From contig OZ037770.1 in NCBI GenBank assembly GCA_964035545.1, forward strand, positions 3,504,662 to 3,568,661: a DNA stretch of 64,000 nucleotides. The letters are read 5' to 3'. The stretch comes from Bugula neritina. Its lineage: Eukaryota; Animalia; Bryozoa. The position numbers and the translations under genes were made by a program. Shown here one piece after another: positions 13,201 through 26,400 of the stretch. The notes under the pieces are model-generated. The model was not told the origin of the DNA. It did no database searches and saw only the letters and a program-made list of their open reading frames with translations. The first letter of the stretch is position 1. Every line of letters starts with the position of its first letter.

Positions 13201-14469
13201 CGACGGCGTGTCTCACCATGTTCCTTCAGTCTTGGCTCGCGGAGAGGGAAGGCATCCGCGGGCCGTGACAGTTTAACACCCCCTCGTTCTGGGGTCGTCC
13301 TTGCTGTGTGCGGCTCTGGCCGCCACAGGTGCTGGGGACAACCGCGGGGCCTGGCCGGGGCCAGTGTTAGCAAGAATTGCTACTAGCTGTCCCAGCATCT
13401 CTACCATACAATCTACTTCTGCTTCCAAGGAGGGAGCTTCGGGGACCGCCGTAGCTCGAGAAGGAGATTGTAGCGCCACAGGTCCTCTTGCAGCATTAAC
13501 TCCAACCGGCGGCGGGTTTCCTTGTCCTCGATGCAGTTGGGTAGCCAACATGTAAGCCTCTCCTGCCTTCAGGGCATCCTCCACTGTGGTTATTCTTTTG
13601 GCTTGTAGTTGGTGGTGTAGGCCCAGGTCATTCAATGACTGGACGAAAGGGTCCTAGGTGTAACGCTCTTGGTGTTGTGCTGGTAGGTCGCCATATGCAA
13701 TCAGCGCCAACTTCTTAACCATAGCGGCATACTCTTGTAACGGGGTCCGCCGGGCGCGGCACAACCTTTCTAAACGGACCCTGACATCTACTGCGGAGAT
13801 GCCAAAGCGGGCCCGCAGCGCAGCAAATATCCTGTCTACGTCCGTTCCTAGCCCGTACGGCTTAGCTTGCTCCTCCAATGCCCTCTGCAATTGGATAAGG
13901 GCCACTCTCTGTGGCCATCGAGCAATATCCATTACTTCTCTGAACTCCTGTATAAATTGTTCAACATCTTCCGACCCAGTTAAGGTGGGAGCTTTCAACC
14001 GGTAGCGATAAGCCTCCTCCTCTTGTAATGCTAGGCCCTCTGGAACTATTATAGTAGCAGGCTCACATTCTCCTCGTCGAGTTGGTGCTCTCGCCATCTT
14101 GGTTGTCGTCTTCAGTTTAGTTGCATTCGTGTTAGTATACAGAATCCCACGGCTGCCACCACTGTTATAATTTTGCAATTATAATAAGAGTGGGAGTTTG
14201 TGTATTATCTAGTTATCTACGTTGCATGTTGAAGTACTAGACGGAGAGTTGCGATAGAAGATATATTTAATACACTAATAGAATACGAGTAACACTGGTC
14301 GAGAAAATACATATAAAACATAAGACTTCTAATAACATACAGCATCACGCTCTGACTGAGCACACTAACCATACACAAACTACAGTTTAGTTATAATGCC
14401 GGGAACAGATCACGTGTTGTACGTGATTGGCTAGTGAGCGCATGGCCCGACGCTTCACTGCCCACTACA
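10253..14469 (-). mobile_element. Non-autonomous Ty3/Gypsy LTR retrotransposon (gag, pol largely deleted, extra zinc-finger ORF)
   Basis: 307-bp TG..CA LTRs at 10253-10559 and 14163-14469, about 17 mismatches by manual count. 4-bp TSD ATAT. tRNA-Leu-type PBS TGGTGGCAGCCGTGGGATT; PPT next to 10560. gag at about 13273-14098 has one in-frame stop. Integrase tail carries GPY (LQPKFVGPY). Confidence 0.92.
11193..11903 (-). CDS. Retrotransposon extra ORF with tandem C2H2-like zinc fingers (continues frameshifted to about 10880)
   Basis: CRLCQQHFTTHWWLRIHLPQHFITTFCPCRKYSYNRDYVLRHQRTMHC, lying between the pol end and the 3' LTR. Confidence 0.65.
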   Translation of the reverse strand: MLVNSELISRIESELVETTFHVNDDEDTVMPDGLLDLELNTVLLGQSTRGQLVSRVPYKSCDFHTSNSRPSPELCYKDPPRSDNNSTFVEDTLAPGSPGMPSIEMAWDPEPTSQLSTTKHLPHQLETRPSWTTPATETEIKKYRGDDSNRGCRLCQQHFTTHWWLRIHLPQHFITTFCPCRKYSYNRDYVLRHQRTMHCFQGHIYDVDELSYLSFLNLIRPWSKASLHQDQSPQDQ

Positions 14470-15546
14470 ATATAAAAGCATTTGTAGTCTACGTGAATGC
14501 TAGACAAGCTATTTGTTGTAGAGTAGGCAGTGAGCAAAGTGTGAGAAACAGAGATCTTTGGCTTTAAATATCTGCAAGTTAATAGTAGTTCAGTTCTTTC
14601 GGTGAAAGTGCACAGATTTGTTTTGTATGCAATCTAAATATATTTCGACAGGCATTACAGAACAGTCTCGTATGAATTTCTTTTATTTTTTTTTACACTG
14701 ATACTGTATTTTGCTGTTTCCAGTCGTTTTAGTTACGAAGGGCTACTTTTACCAGCTGACACAAGTACTTGTTTTGTAATGCAGTGTATAAAACTAGAAG
14801 TTGAATTTTGCACATTCTAATGCAATATTTTGGCACTTCATTATAGCCTGCTTGAAAGATGAATAACTTGCAGATGTATATGAATAAAATTTGACAGATT
14901 TTATAATTGATATTTTTAGATTATAAACTTATAATTTTAATCACAGGTTACTGAAGTTTGATTTTAACATGCCAATTGGAAATATCATACAAGCAAACGT
15001 CAGCTGTTATTTTTAGATTATGGATTGATTATTGCAGTCACCAAGTATACTGAAGTTGAACTCTAAAAAACCTTGAAAACCATTTAAAAGCAAACATTTT
15101 AACATATTATATTCGAATAAAATTTATTGATAAAATATGAAGAGCAAACTTTGATATACTAACAAGCTAATTGATATAATAATATTGATAACATGGCAGT
15201 TAGAACATGTGCTTGAGGCTTAACCTAGTCAGAACTTAGTGTCACATCAAAATAGAAGGAATAATGAAATTGGCTAAATAAAAGGAGTGATATAAGTAGA
15301 GATTGGTAATGTTTAAAAAAGCATAAAATCAACTGTTACAGTATATTAATAACAAATAGTATAATATAGCAATCTCTATACTGTAGGTATAATTAAAATA
15401 TAGCAGTTAAAAGTCTTTGTTAGGTAGTGTGGCTGTCAAGTAATAGTAAACAAGTCACACAGACTCGCTCTTATATGTTTGAAGTCAAGAATCTTAAATA
15501 GTTAAATAAAGCTTTGTGTAGCTTCAAATAGGAGTTATGTACTGAG

Positions 15547-17418
15547 TTAAGGGTTGTTCTTTCTATTAAACCCATCGAAGCCAGGAAAAAGGTAAAGTAT
15601 TTTACCATAAGGAAGAGTATTCCAGATTACAATCAAACTTCCGTTTCTCTCTGAATCTTCATCTGCATAGAGTTTCTTCACTAGTTTAGTCTGTACCTGT
15701 AGAGTAAGTAATGACTAGTAAGATTGTTTATCAATTCACTATTATAGCTGAGACAAGACGTAAAACTAAAAATGTTATTAAAACTAAAGTAGATATTTTT
15801 TTTCAGAGGACAAAAGGATTCAAACATAGAAATGAATAGAATGATATGATGAGAAATAATATTTTGATTTCTTAAATAAAAATTGAAATAGCAAAAAAAA
15901 TTTTGATTTTTAAACATGCCTGCTGGAAGATGGTGTAGAGATCACGGTGACAGGCATGTTTGTAGATTGAAGATACTAGGGCTCTAATCATAGGAGATCC
16001 ATACTTAAGATGTCTTTTTGATGCTAAAATAAAAGTATATGTTGCAGCTCAAAGCATATGGTGTAGACAGAGCAAGCTTAAAATTGTGTTGAGTTTTTTT
16101 TCTGTTTTTAGCATTAGCACGCAATATGGTTAGTACACGGAAAAGCTTACATAACATAGTCAAATTAACTTTAGAAAACAGGCAACAAACTTTTACATTG
16201 ACAAAAAACTGTAGTTGCACACTACTAATAAATAACTATCTCTTGTTATACTTACAGCAGACGTTACTCTTTAGAACAAGAAGATCATCTATATCTCGTA
16301 AAGTTCTACACTCTTCTATTCTAGGTTCTGGTGGTGAGACAGGTCTGATTGGTCTTATCACACTGGGTGTTTCAGGATATACAATATCATCATTAGCTTC
16401 AGAATGTGTAGAAGAGACAGCTTCAGTTTCTTCTTCTTGAGCTGCTGCAAGACTTGATCTGTCTGGACTCACCTCAATGTCTGCTGTGAGACAAACATTG
16501 CAAATATCTTAACTTTGTGAACTAAACAATCTCGAGACACCTAGTTGCTCAAGCATCAAAACTGTGAATCAAGTTAAAGTGTATATTGATTAGATGACTG
16601 GTCTCTGACAGGAAGTCTTCACTAGTTTAACCATTGAACTAAAAGTTCCAGTTTATACTACAAAACAACTACCTCCATTGCTGGCTTCTAGGATGACAAC
16701 TTTAGGTTTTCTCTTCATTCCATCGAAATACAAAGGAGTAAGTAAATCATGAAGTTCAGTGAGGTTGACCTTCTTAAGGTCAGTTCCATAGATGCAATTA
16801 TCTTCCCCACCATGAGTCATGACAACCAGCATATGACATCCCAAGTCTCTGTGTGTTTCTTTTTTCACCTCAGTCTTCACAGTAGACAGCATTTCCTACA
16901 AATTTGAAAATATGTATATAACCAACATAATAAATTCACTTTATTTCAAGTTTCCAAATGACTGTGATTTATGCAATGCAAACAAAAACTTTTCACATGA
17001 ATCTATCTATCGAAAGACCAAACAGTGAAAAAAAAACCAACAAGCTCCAGAAATTTTGATGCAGTTGTAGAGATATTCTAAGAACAATAAAAAAAAACAT
17101 AATTTAATGGATGTAAAAAATAATTTTATTTTGCTAAAATATTTTACATGCTTCAAAAATATTTGATTAAAGGACAATAAACATTATATATGAAAATTTA
17201 CTTGATGGTCAAATAGTGTTCGCATTACCTTCACCATAACAACATACCTCTGCCTTTAGGTCTGTGTGTGTCTCAACATCAAACTGAAGAGATTTCAACA
17301 TGACAGACATATTCTCAACATCAGCATCTGAACCTTCCCTGCATAAGTCTGGTCTTTCAACAAAGTTCTTATTGTTTATTATCAAAGCTCTTCCTCTCTT
17401 TCCGGTCATACTGAACAC
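15547..17418 (-). CDS. Caspase (peptidase C14A) domain, 5 exons, catalytic Cys replaced by Ser
   Basis: p20: VFSMTGKRGRALIINNKNF..REGSDAD..FDVETHTDL, LVVMTHG, IYGTD, MKRKPKVVILEASNG. p10: DDLLVLKS, SKRHLKYGSPMIRAL, NTLPYGKILYLFPGF. Stop at 15547-15549. Confidence 0.88.
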
Positions 17419-20400
17419 CTGGATATAAATATAGTTAGAGTATCACATACAGTAGTGACACACATGAGCCAAAGTTGAGAGTACATAGATAGTGGCATAG
17501 TTTTAAAATAAATAGTAATAGTTAATTCAGATCTCAAGATGCCATATATGATGCCTCCAATTTCTAGGTCTGACAAAAAGCAGCAAAACACTCTGTTAGT
17601 TGCAAAATCAACTTTATATCTTTATGCTTAGTTTTAGGCTTGTTACTTTTTAGGTTAGGTGAACTAAGCAAACTCTTGTTTAAGAGACCAGTTGTCATTT
17701 TTTCCAACAAAACATGTAAGTAGTCAACTAGGCATGCTGGTTGTTTTTACAAAAGTCATTCAGGATATTATTGAGGTTACTGCATGATTCTACTTCATTG
17801 GAAATAGCTTATATTTAACGTTAAGTTTTTACAAACCAAGCATGTATTTGCAAGGCTGTAGAAGTAAATAAAAACAATTTATTGCTATAATAAAATTTCT
17901 TTGCATATAACACTTTACTGGCCCAAAATAGACTATGGTCTATTTTATGCAATCAAAGTTTCTAAGACCATCTGCAAAACATTTACCTAACTTACAAATA
18001 CAGTTGATCGAAATAGAAAATTATGGTAAATTCAACTTCAAGCTAAAAGGTCAGAAAAGAAATTATAATATAAAATGTTTGCCCCACTAGGATTACTCTA
18101 TGACCATAGGAGTTACTGGGAAATCCCAATCCTTCATTCTAAGCAATTCTTTTGAACTCGATTTACAACTCCTTCAGTCTTCAGGTTCTCTTAGCTTCTC
18201 ACCTCCTTAGAAGCACTGCTACTGCTACTACTACTCTTTACAAAAGGTTAAAAGAGCCCACAAAAATGCCTCTCCCGACGAGAATTCAAATGGCAGAAGT
18301 CCAGCTTTCGAGCATGCAAGGCAGGATAAACATTACACCACAAGGACGAAGAAGTAATCTCTACACAAAAGATGCTTTCTAATCATGACAAGCAATTGAA
18401 CCCTAAACTAATAAAAGCAGAGCAGAAACTGTTATGGTGAAACCAAAACGTATAAGTATAGTAAAATGATGGAATTTGAAAATCTGCATGCCTTCAGATC
18501 AATTGATTTTTAAATCTAATTGAACTGCACATGACAATCTCAGTAAAAGAAGTTTTTAGAGACCGAAGTAGTCTACTGGGTGGAGAAAGGAGAGCTGCTA
18601 TAACTTGTGTTCATCAACTGATACGTTCACCTTGTCAGTGTTTGAGAAAAGTTGTTTTATCCTTGGGTTGGTTGTTGGCTTTAGTTCAAGTTGTACCAAC
18701 TTCATGTCTTTCTCATTCTCTTCATCAGGGTACAGATTGTCATCATCTTCAGAGAGATCACTCAGATTATCATCATCAAATTCATCTGCAGTCATATGGT
18801 TAGACAGATTATCGTCAACATTTGAAATCGTAGACTGCGTATCTCGCCTAGTCAACAGAAGCTGAAGCAAATAATTTTAAAAGAAACAATTAGACATGAT
18901 TTGCAGATAATTGTAAGGCAAAATTTGCAAAGCCTATTATTTTACTAATAATGTGGGTTTGAAAATTTAGTCCTGTCTAAAAATTTTACCATTTGATTTG
19001 TTCTGCTCTCTTCGAACTTTGAGCTCAGAAAGAAACTTCTTCAATTGATTTGTTTCTGCTTCAGACAAAGTCTCACCTGAGCAAAACAGACATAATTAGT
19101 AACATTAAAACTGGATGAGAGGCATTAGAAAAATATGAGACATAATCAAAAGCTCATGTATCAAGTTTATACTTTATAAGTCAGCCTAGAAGTTCAATAG
19201 AGTAGCTGTGTAGTTTGCTAATGTCCATCTAGCTGCTATTAAAATTTATCAATGCATGAAAAAACAGTAAATACTATTTAAAAACATTTGGGCAAACCAA
19301 TCAAAATTGAATCATAGTTGTAAACATACATGGATGAATTAGAGCACTGGGTATTTCTTCATCGTTACACAATATCTTTGAAGATCCATGACACTTCTTG
19401 ACATTTGGTGGCAGTTGGTTTTTTGGAGAACGGAGACACCATTTAGGATGCAAAAGCTTTTTAGGGCAAGAAACCCCCAGTAGCATGCAGTGAGCACAGA
19501 TGCAGGCAGTAACTGGTCGACTAGCAGTCCAAGTTCCCATCACATGTCTGAGAATGTTGTTTGTGGCTGAAATGAGTTTTTCCCACATCCTTGGAATGTG
19601 AGGAGCATCGGATGACACATAGAGTAAGACTCTTCTAGATTCATAATCATGTGTCAGCTGTGTGTATGTCTCATCTTGATAGACATTAGCTCCATTTCTC
19701 TTCACCTTCATTGTAGCAAACTCTTTAGAAAACAGTTCTAGCAAACCAACTGTCATTTGATGGTAGACATGCTGCGGTAAAGCCAGGCCCTTAAACTTTA
19801 TCTCAGTGTGAAGGGCCATTTCCTTTGGTGAGGTGTATGACACACCTTGATGTTCCTTAGCAAACTGAGGGATGATGAAGTACGATTCATGGACATCATT
19901 TTCCAGAGGGCCATACAACAAACGGAATGTTTTAAGCAAGCAAACAGCAGTTTCAACATCATGGGAGCTTTTGAATAATGTTTCCTTTGCGATCAAATAT
20001 GTTAGAAGAGATTTCATCATCAAGCCCGTTGTTTTGAAGCAATTCACAGACTCTTCAAACTCTTCTGTTTCAATTCTCAACCCTTCTTCGGAAATGCATG
20101 ATTGGAAGTGATCAACTCTTTTCTGCCAGATCTCTGGGTCATGATGATACAAGACACAGAGTAGTTTGGTAACTTCCGTGATCTTCTGAAATATGTATGG
20201 TTTGAGTGCTTCAATATTCTTATACCACAAGACTTTACCGCAGTCGTGCATGTATGTGAGAATAGTATCTAGCTGATGTGGCTCAACCTCAATACCTTCT
20301 TTTCTCAATTCTAGCAGAATAAATGAAAAAGAGCTGAAAGCTCTGGTTAAAGACAAAACTTTCTCATTCACTTCTTCCCAGATCAGTGGCAAAAGCTTAA

Positions 20401-23400
20401 CAAAGTGCTGACTACTTAGAAGGAGCGAGCTCTTTATCATTTCAAACTCAACATACTTGTCATCCTTTCCAATCTCATAAACATCTTCACTGGCAAAAAC
20501 CTTTCCATTTGATGAATTGAAATGCTGAATTTTCGAAAAATCTCCATCTGAACTTTTCTCTTCATCAAGAACCTCTTTGCACAGCTGTTCAGATACTTCA
20601 AGAAAGTTTTCTTTAAGCTGTTGGAAGTGTTGACTCTGAAACTTATCCTTGTGTGTGAAGACAAGCTTAGGTGGGCCAAGAGTAGGATGGGCGAGATAGA
20701 GGTGAGACATAAAGTCAAAGGCTAACTTTCTGACAGCCTCTTTGTTTGTAAACTCATTTGAAATCTGGTCATACTGCTCCATGTTGACAACAATTACCGG
20801 TACACAATTCTGTCTCAGTGTTAAATGGTATGTGATATGATAGACCTCCTGGCCTCCCATGTCTATGAGACGAAGAGTTGTACCATCCACCTCCACCTCT
20901 TCCACCTTAACCCTTACGCGATCAATGGACCATATATGTCCCTCAAAGCGACACTATCCACAGATCAATGGACCATATATGGTCTTTTAGGTAAACAAAC
21001 AATAGCGCTTACTTTAAACTTCCAGTTTTCAACCGAACAGCCTAAAAGTTTTTGTAATTGATGCTGATACTGTAGCTTGGTAATTTTGGGATAATTATAG
21101 CCAATAAATTTGATTAAATTAATAGCTACCAAGCCAGCTAGTTGCTTTTCAATTTAATCCTTAAATTTCAAAATTATCGGTAAATTTTAACGCTACTTTC
21201 AAATGCAAGAAATTGCTGTCAAATTATAGAGAGCCAGTTTATTTTATTTAAATACCATTTAGAAGAACATCTAAATAAACAGAAATGTTAAAGTCACTAT
21301 ATTTTGAATCATATTATAAATTAATTTTTTCATTTTGAGTTTTCAATTTTAAAATGGCGGTTCTGAGAGGTCAAATTTAAATGACTGATTTTAGCTAGAA
21401 TTAAGGTCTCCCTTCGCTTTAAGAAGCTTTTTATAATAGAAAACACTCTTAAAATTATAATAACCAGTTTATTTAGGGCCAAAATCAAGTGTAACTTTTA
21501 ATAATGAAATTGAAAGTTATGCAAAATTTGCTAGCAAAATTCGCGATAAACTCAAACGAGGCATAAAATTACGTAACTTCAAAGTTGATCGCGAAAGGGT
21601 TAAACACTTTTGTGGTCTCATCATACTCTGCATTCGAACTTCTGTCAGTCAGAACTCTCCTCCTGTCAGTGCTCTGTAATGTTCTGATTAGACTGGTTTT
21701 ACCTGCCATTGTGTTCCCCAACACCACTATTGTAGCAAATGGCAGATTTCTACCAGCACCCTTAACCAAATCTGTGTAGTATTGTCGCACAGCATCTAAT
21801 CCTCTTTCACAAACTTCTAGTGGAGGAGATGTAAGAGCATTGCAATCATCTGTATCCAGTCTGTGAAGACGTGTTAGCTGTAGTATCTCAGGGTTCAAGG
21901 ATGTCATGGATCTGTTGTCGGATATATTCAGTGTGTGCAGATTACTCACCGTGCACACTGAAGATGGGAGACTGGTGAATTTATTGGAAGATATGTCAAG
22001 TATCTGTAATTTTTGTAGATTCTGTATCCTAATAATACATTACATTCATATTATCAGCACATACTAGATGTGAGTGAGATCTAATTATAGCTGTCATAAA
22101 TCTACAATGATAGTGAAGCAATTATACACAGAATTTGGACGTATGAAGTGGCAATGGCTACAGTGACCTTATAATATAAAACCCTTTAAAGTAGTATGGG
22201 ATATAATTGTAATTCTAGAATTTTCATTTATTGATATTCTCACAATTATCAAGTGCTATTTTTGATATTTTAAATCATTTACAAAACTACAATTACAATG
22301 AATTGGTAAAAGATATTAAAAAAGTAATTTAGTGTCACAATTCATAATGCTTCCATAGACAATGTTGTTTTATATAACATGTAGTTGAGTATAACTGCTT
22401 AGACTGATATTTTATTAGATATGTGTAGTATATATATTATAAATATGTACCATGTATAATACAGTTATAATCAAACTATATAGAGGCAAAGTTATTATAT
22501 ATGAGTCTGCATGAAGTATTACAGAAAGTATGCCAGGGAAAAACACAATTCTCAGCATTACACTTTAACAAACAATGCTAAGAAATACACATTAATATTT
22601 GTTGAACAGAAAGTTCAATTTTTATCAATTTTGCTATATGATGAACTACAAGTTCAGGGTACCCTTTTACTATCTTGCAGGGATATTACGTGTGCATTCT
22701 TTAAAAGAAAGTTTTGTAATTTAAAAAGGAGAGCAAATCATTGAACATGTTATAGATATGAACAACTTGTCATGTATATACCATTTCTAGCTTTACATAG
22801 GAGAGGTATGAACACCATAATGTAGTTTAACTGTGTTGACTATTCTGCTGAAAAAAATGTTTTAAATGTGACACACAAACCTCTCAGGTAGAGTAGATAG
22901 TTTACATCTCCTCATATTCAACTCTTTAAGTGATGTGAGAGATGACACAACTTCTGGTATTGTGTTGAGAGAAGTACCTCCTATGTCTAGTTTCTCTAAC
23001 TGAGTCAGCTGACACAGACTGTAATATAAAGTGTATGATATATGTAGTCTGCATAACTATAGTATTTTATACTATATACACATTTTGTTTTCAACCAGGT
23101 AAAATTATATACAACTTAACTACCAAGCGACTGATTGTAGCATTGTACATGCAAAGCATGAAGAAATATCAGTTCATTATAATAATGTGAAAGTATAAAA
23201 TTATTAAACTCAGTGAATGCTAATAAACTAAAAATAACTGCTGACTATTCACTAAATTTTATAGCGCAAGAATATATAATGGCCTATCTTAAAATTATGT
23301 TATTTCCACCATATATACAAACTACTACATATATATAAATTCCTTTAAAAAAGTACATTTCATGTTGCAGAGCATGAGAAGTTAACAGTTTATTACAATA

Positions 23401-26400
23401 GTATACAAGTATTCAATTATTATATATACTCAGTGTGTGAATACTAACCAACTATACAACTGCTTACTATTATTTACATTTTATAGCACAAGAATATATA
23501 ATGGCATACCTTAAATTATGTTGCTTTTTCAATATTACAGTCTATATTTCATATAAAATTAAAAAAAAATTGCATTTCACATATTTTTCAATTAAATAAT
23601 GACAAGCCCTAGTTTTACTTGGTAGGAAACTCTTTTATGATTTCAAGTATTAAATTCTTTAAACAATACAAAAACTGTGACAAACAAACCTCTCAGGTAG
23701 AGTAGATAATTTACAGTCCCACATATTCAACTCTTTAAGTGATGAAAGTGATGACACAACCTCTGGTACTGTGTAGAGAGGATTCCCTCCTATGTTTAGT
23801 TTCTCTAACTGAGTCAGCTGGCACAGACTATAAACATACAGTGTTTGATATATATTTTAGTTTTACTTATACAGAGTACAATTACTAGAGTTGCTATAAC
23901 TACCACATGATTATGAAGGATAAAAAACTATACTATCAATTTATTCCTTCATAACAGATCTATATAATGTAACATACTATCATAACGCTGGACTGCTAAG
24001 TAAAAATATAACAGTTTATTATAATAGTACACAAGTATTTATTTTTAAACTCAGTGAATACTAATAAACTAGAAATTATTGCTTACTAATAATTACACTT
24101 TTATAGCACAACAGTATATAATGGCATATAACCTTAAAATTGTGTTATTCCCACAATATTATAAACCATTGCATATATATATGTGTGTAACTTCAAAACA
24201 TTGCATTTCACATTTTTCCAATTATTTTTCAATTATACAATGGCATACCATATAATTACACTTGGTAAGCATATAAAGTTGTCAAATATTAAATGTTTCA
24301 AACAATACAAAAACTGTGACAAACAAACCTCTCAGGTAGAGTAGATAATTCACATATCCTCATATCCAACTCTTTAAGTGATGTGAGTGATGACACAACT
24401 CCTGGTACTGTGTTGAGAGGATTGGACCCTATGTCTAGTTTCTCTAACTGAGTCAGCTGACACAGACTGTAATATAAAGTGTATGATATATATGTAGTCT
24501 GTATTACTATAATATTTTATACTATATTCACATATTGTTTTCAACCAGGTGAAACTATATACAACTTAACTACCAAGCAACTTATTAAGTAGCATTGTAC
24601 ATGCAGAGCATGAGAAGTTAACAGTTTATTATAATAGTATACAAGTATCCAATTATTATATATACTCAGTGCATGAATACTAATAAACTATACAACTGCT
24701 TACTATTATTTAAATGTTCATAGCACAAGAATATATAATGACATATACCTTAAAATTTCACTATTTTCCCAATATTACAGACCATATTTCATATAGAATT
24801 CAAAAAAATTGCATTTTACATATTTTTCAATTGTATAATGACATGCCCTAATTACACTTGGTAAGAAACTATTTTATGATTTCAAGTCTCAAATGTTTCA
24901 AAAAACACAAAATCTGGGACAAACAAACCTTTCAGGTAGATGAGATAATTTACAGTTCCACATATTCAACTTTTTAAGTGATGTGAGTGATGACACAACT
25001 TCTGGTACTGTGTTGAGAGGATTCCATCTTATGTTTAGTTTCTCTAACTGAGTCAGCTGACACAGACTATAAACATACAGTGTTTGATATATTTAGTTTC
25101 ACTTATACAGAGTACAATTACTAGAGTTGCTATAACTACCACATGATTATGAGTGATAAAAAACTATACTATCAATTTATTTCTTCATAACAGATCTATA
25201 TAATGTAACATACTACCATAACGCTTGACTACTAGGTAAAAATATAACAGTTTATTATAATAGTACACAAGTATTTATTTTTAAACTCAGTGAACACTAA
25301 TAAACTAGAAATTATTGCATACTATTAATTACATTTTTATAGCACAACAATATATAATGGCATATAACTTTAAAATTGTGTTTTTCCCACAATATTATAA
25401 ACCATTGCATATATATATATGTGTAACTTCAAAACACTGCATTTCATATTTTTCAATTATACAATGGTACACCATAATAACACTTGTTATGCATATAAAG
25501 TTGTCAAATATTGAATGTTTTAAACAATACAAAAATATTGTGACACAAACCTCTCAGGTAGAATAGATAATTTACAGTTCCCCATATCCAACTCTTTAAG
25601 TGTTGTGAGTGAAAACACAACTTCTGGTACTGTGTTGAGAGTATTCCAACCTATGTCTAGTTTCTCTAACTGAGTCAGCTGACACAGACTGTAATATAAA
25701 GTGTATGATATATGTAGTCCTCATTACTATAATATTTTATACTTTATTCACATTTTGTTTTCAACCAGGTAAAACTATATACAACTTAGCTACCAAGCAA
25801 CTTATTGCAGCATTGTACATGCAGAGCATGAGAAGTTGACAGTTTATTATAATAGTATACAAGTATTCAATTATTATATACACTCAGTGTGTGAATACTA
25901 ATCAATTATACAACTGCTTACTATTATTTACATTTTTATAGCACAAGAATATATTATAATGGCATACCTCAAATTATGTTATTTTCACAATACTACAGAC
26001 CATATTTCATATAGAATTAATAAATTGCATTTCACATATTTTTCAATTATATAATGACATAACCTAACAATACTTGGTAAGAAATTATTTTATAATTTCA
26101 AGTATTAAGTGTTTCAAACAATACAAAAACTGTGACAAACAAACCTCTTAGGGAGAGTAGATAATTCACAGTTCCCCATATTCAACTCTTTAAGTGATGT
26201 GAGTGATGACACAACTTCTGGTACTGTGTTGAGAGGATTCCATCTTATGTTTAGTTTCTCTAACTGAGTCAGCTGACACAGACTATAAACATACAGTGTT
26301 TGATATATTTAGTTTCACTTATACAGAGTACAATTACTAGAGTTGCTATAACTACCACATGATTATGAGTGATAAAAAACTATACTATCAATTTATTTCT

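Noticed and set aside
15590-15610. Suspected frameshift in the last caspase exon
   Set aside because: Recounting the A-run (4 nt) gives the canonical GKILYLFPGF in frame.
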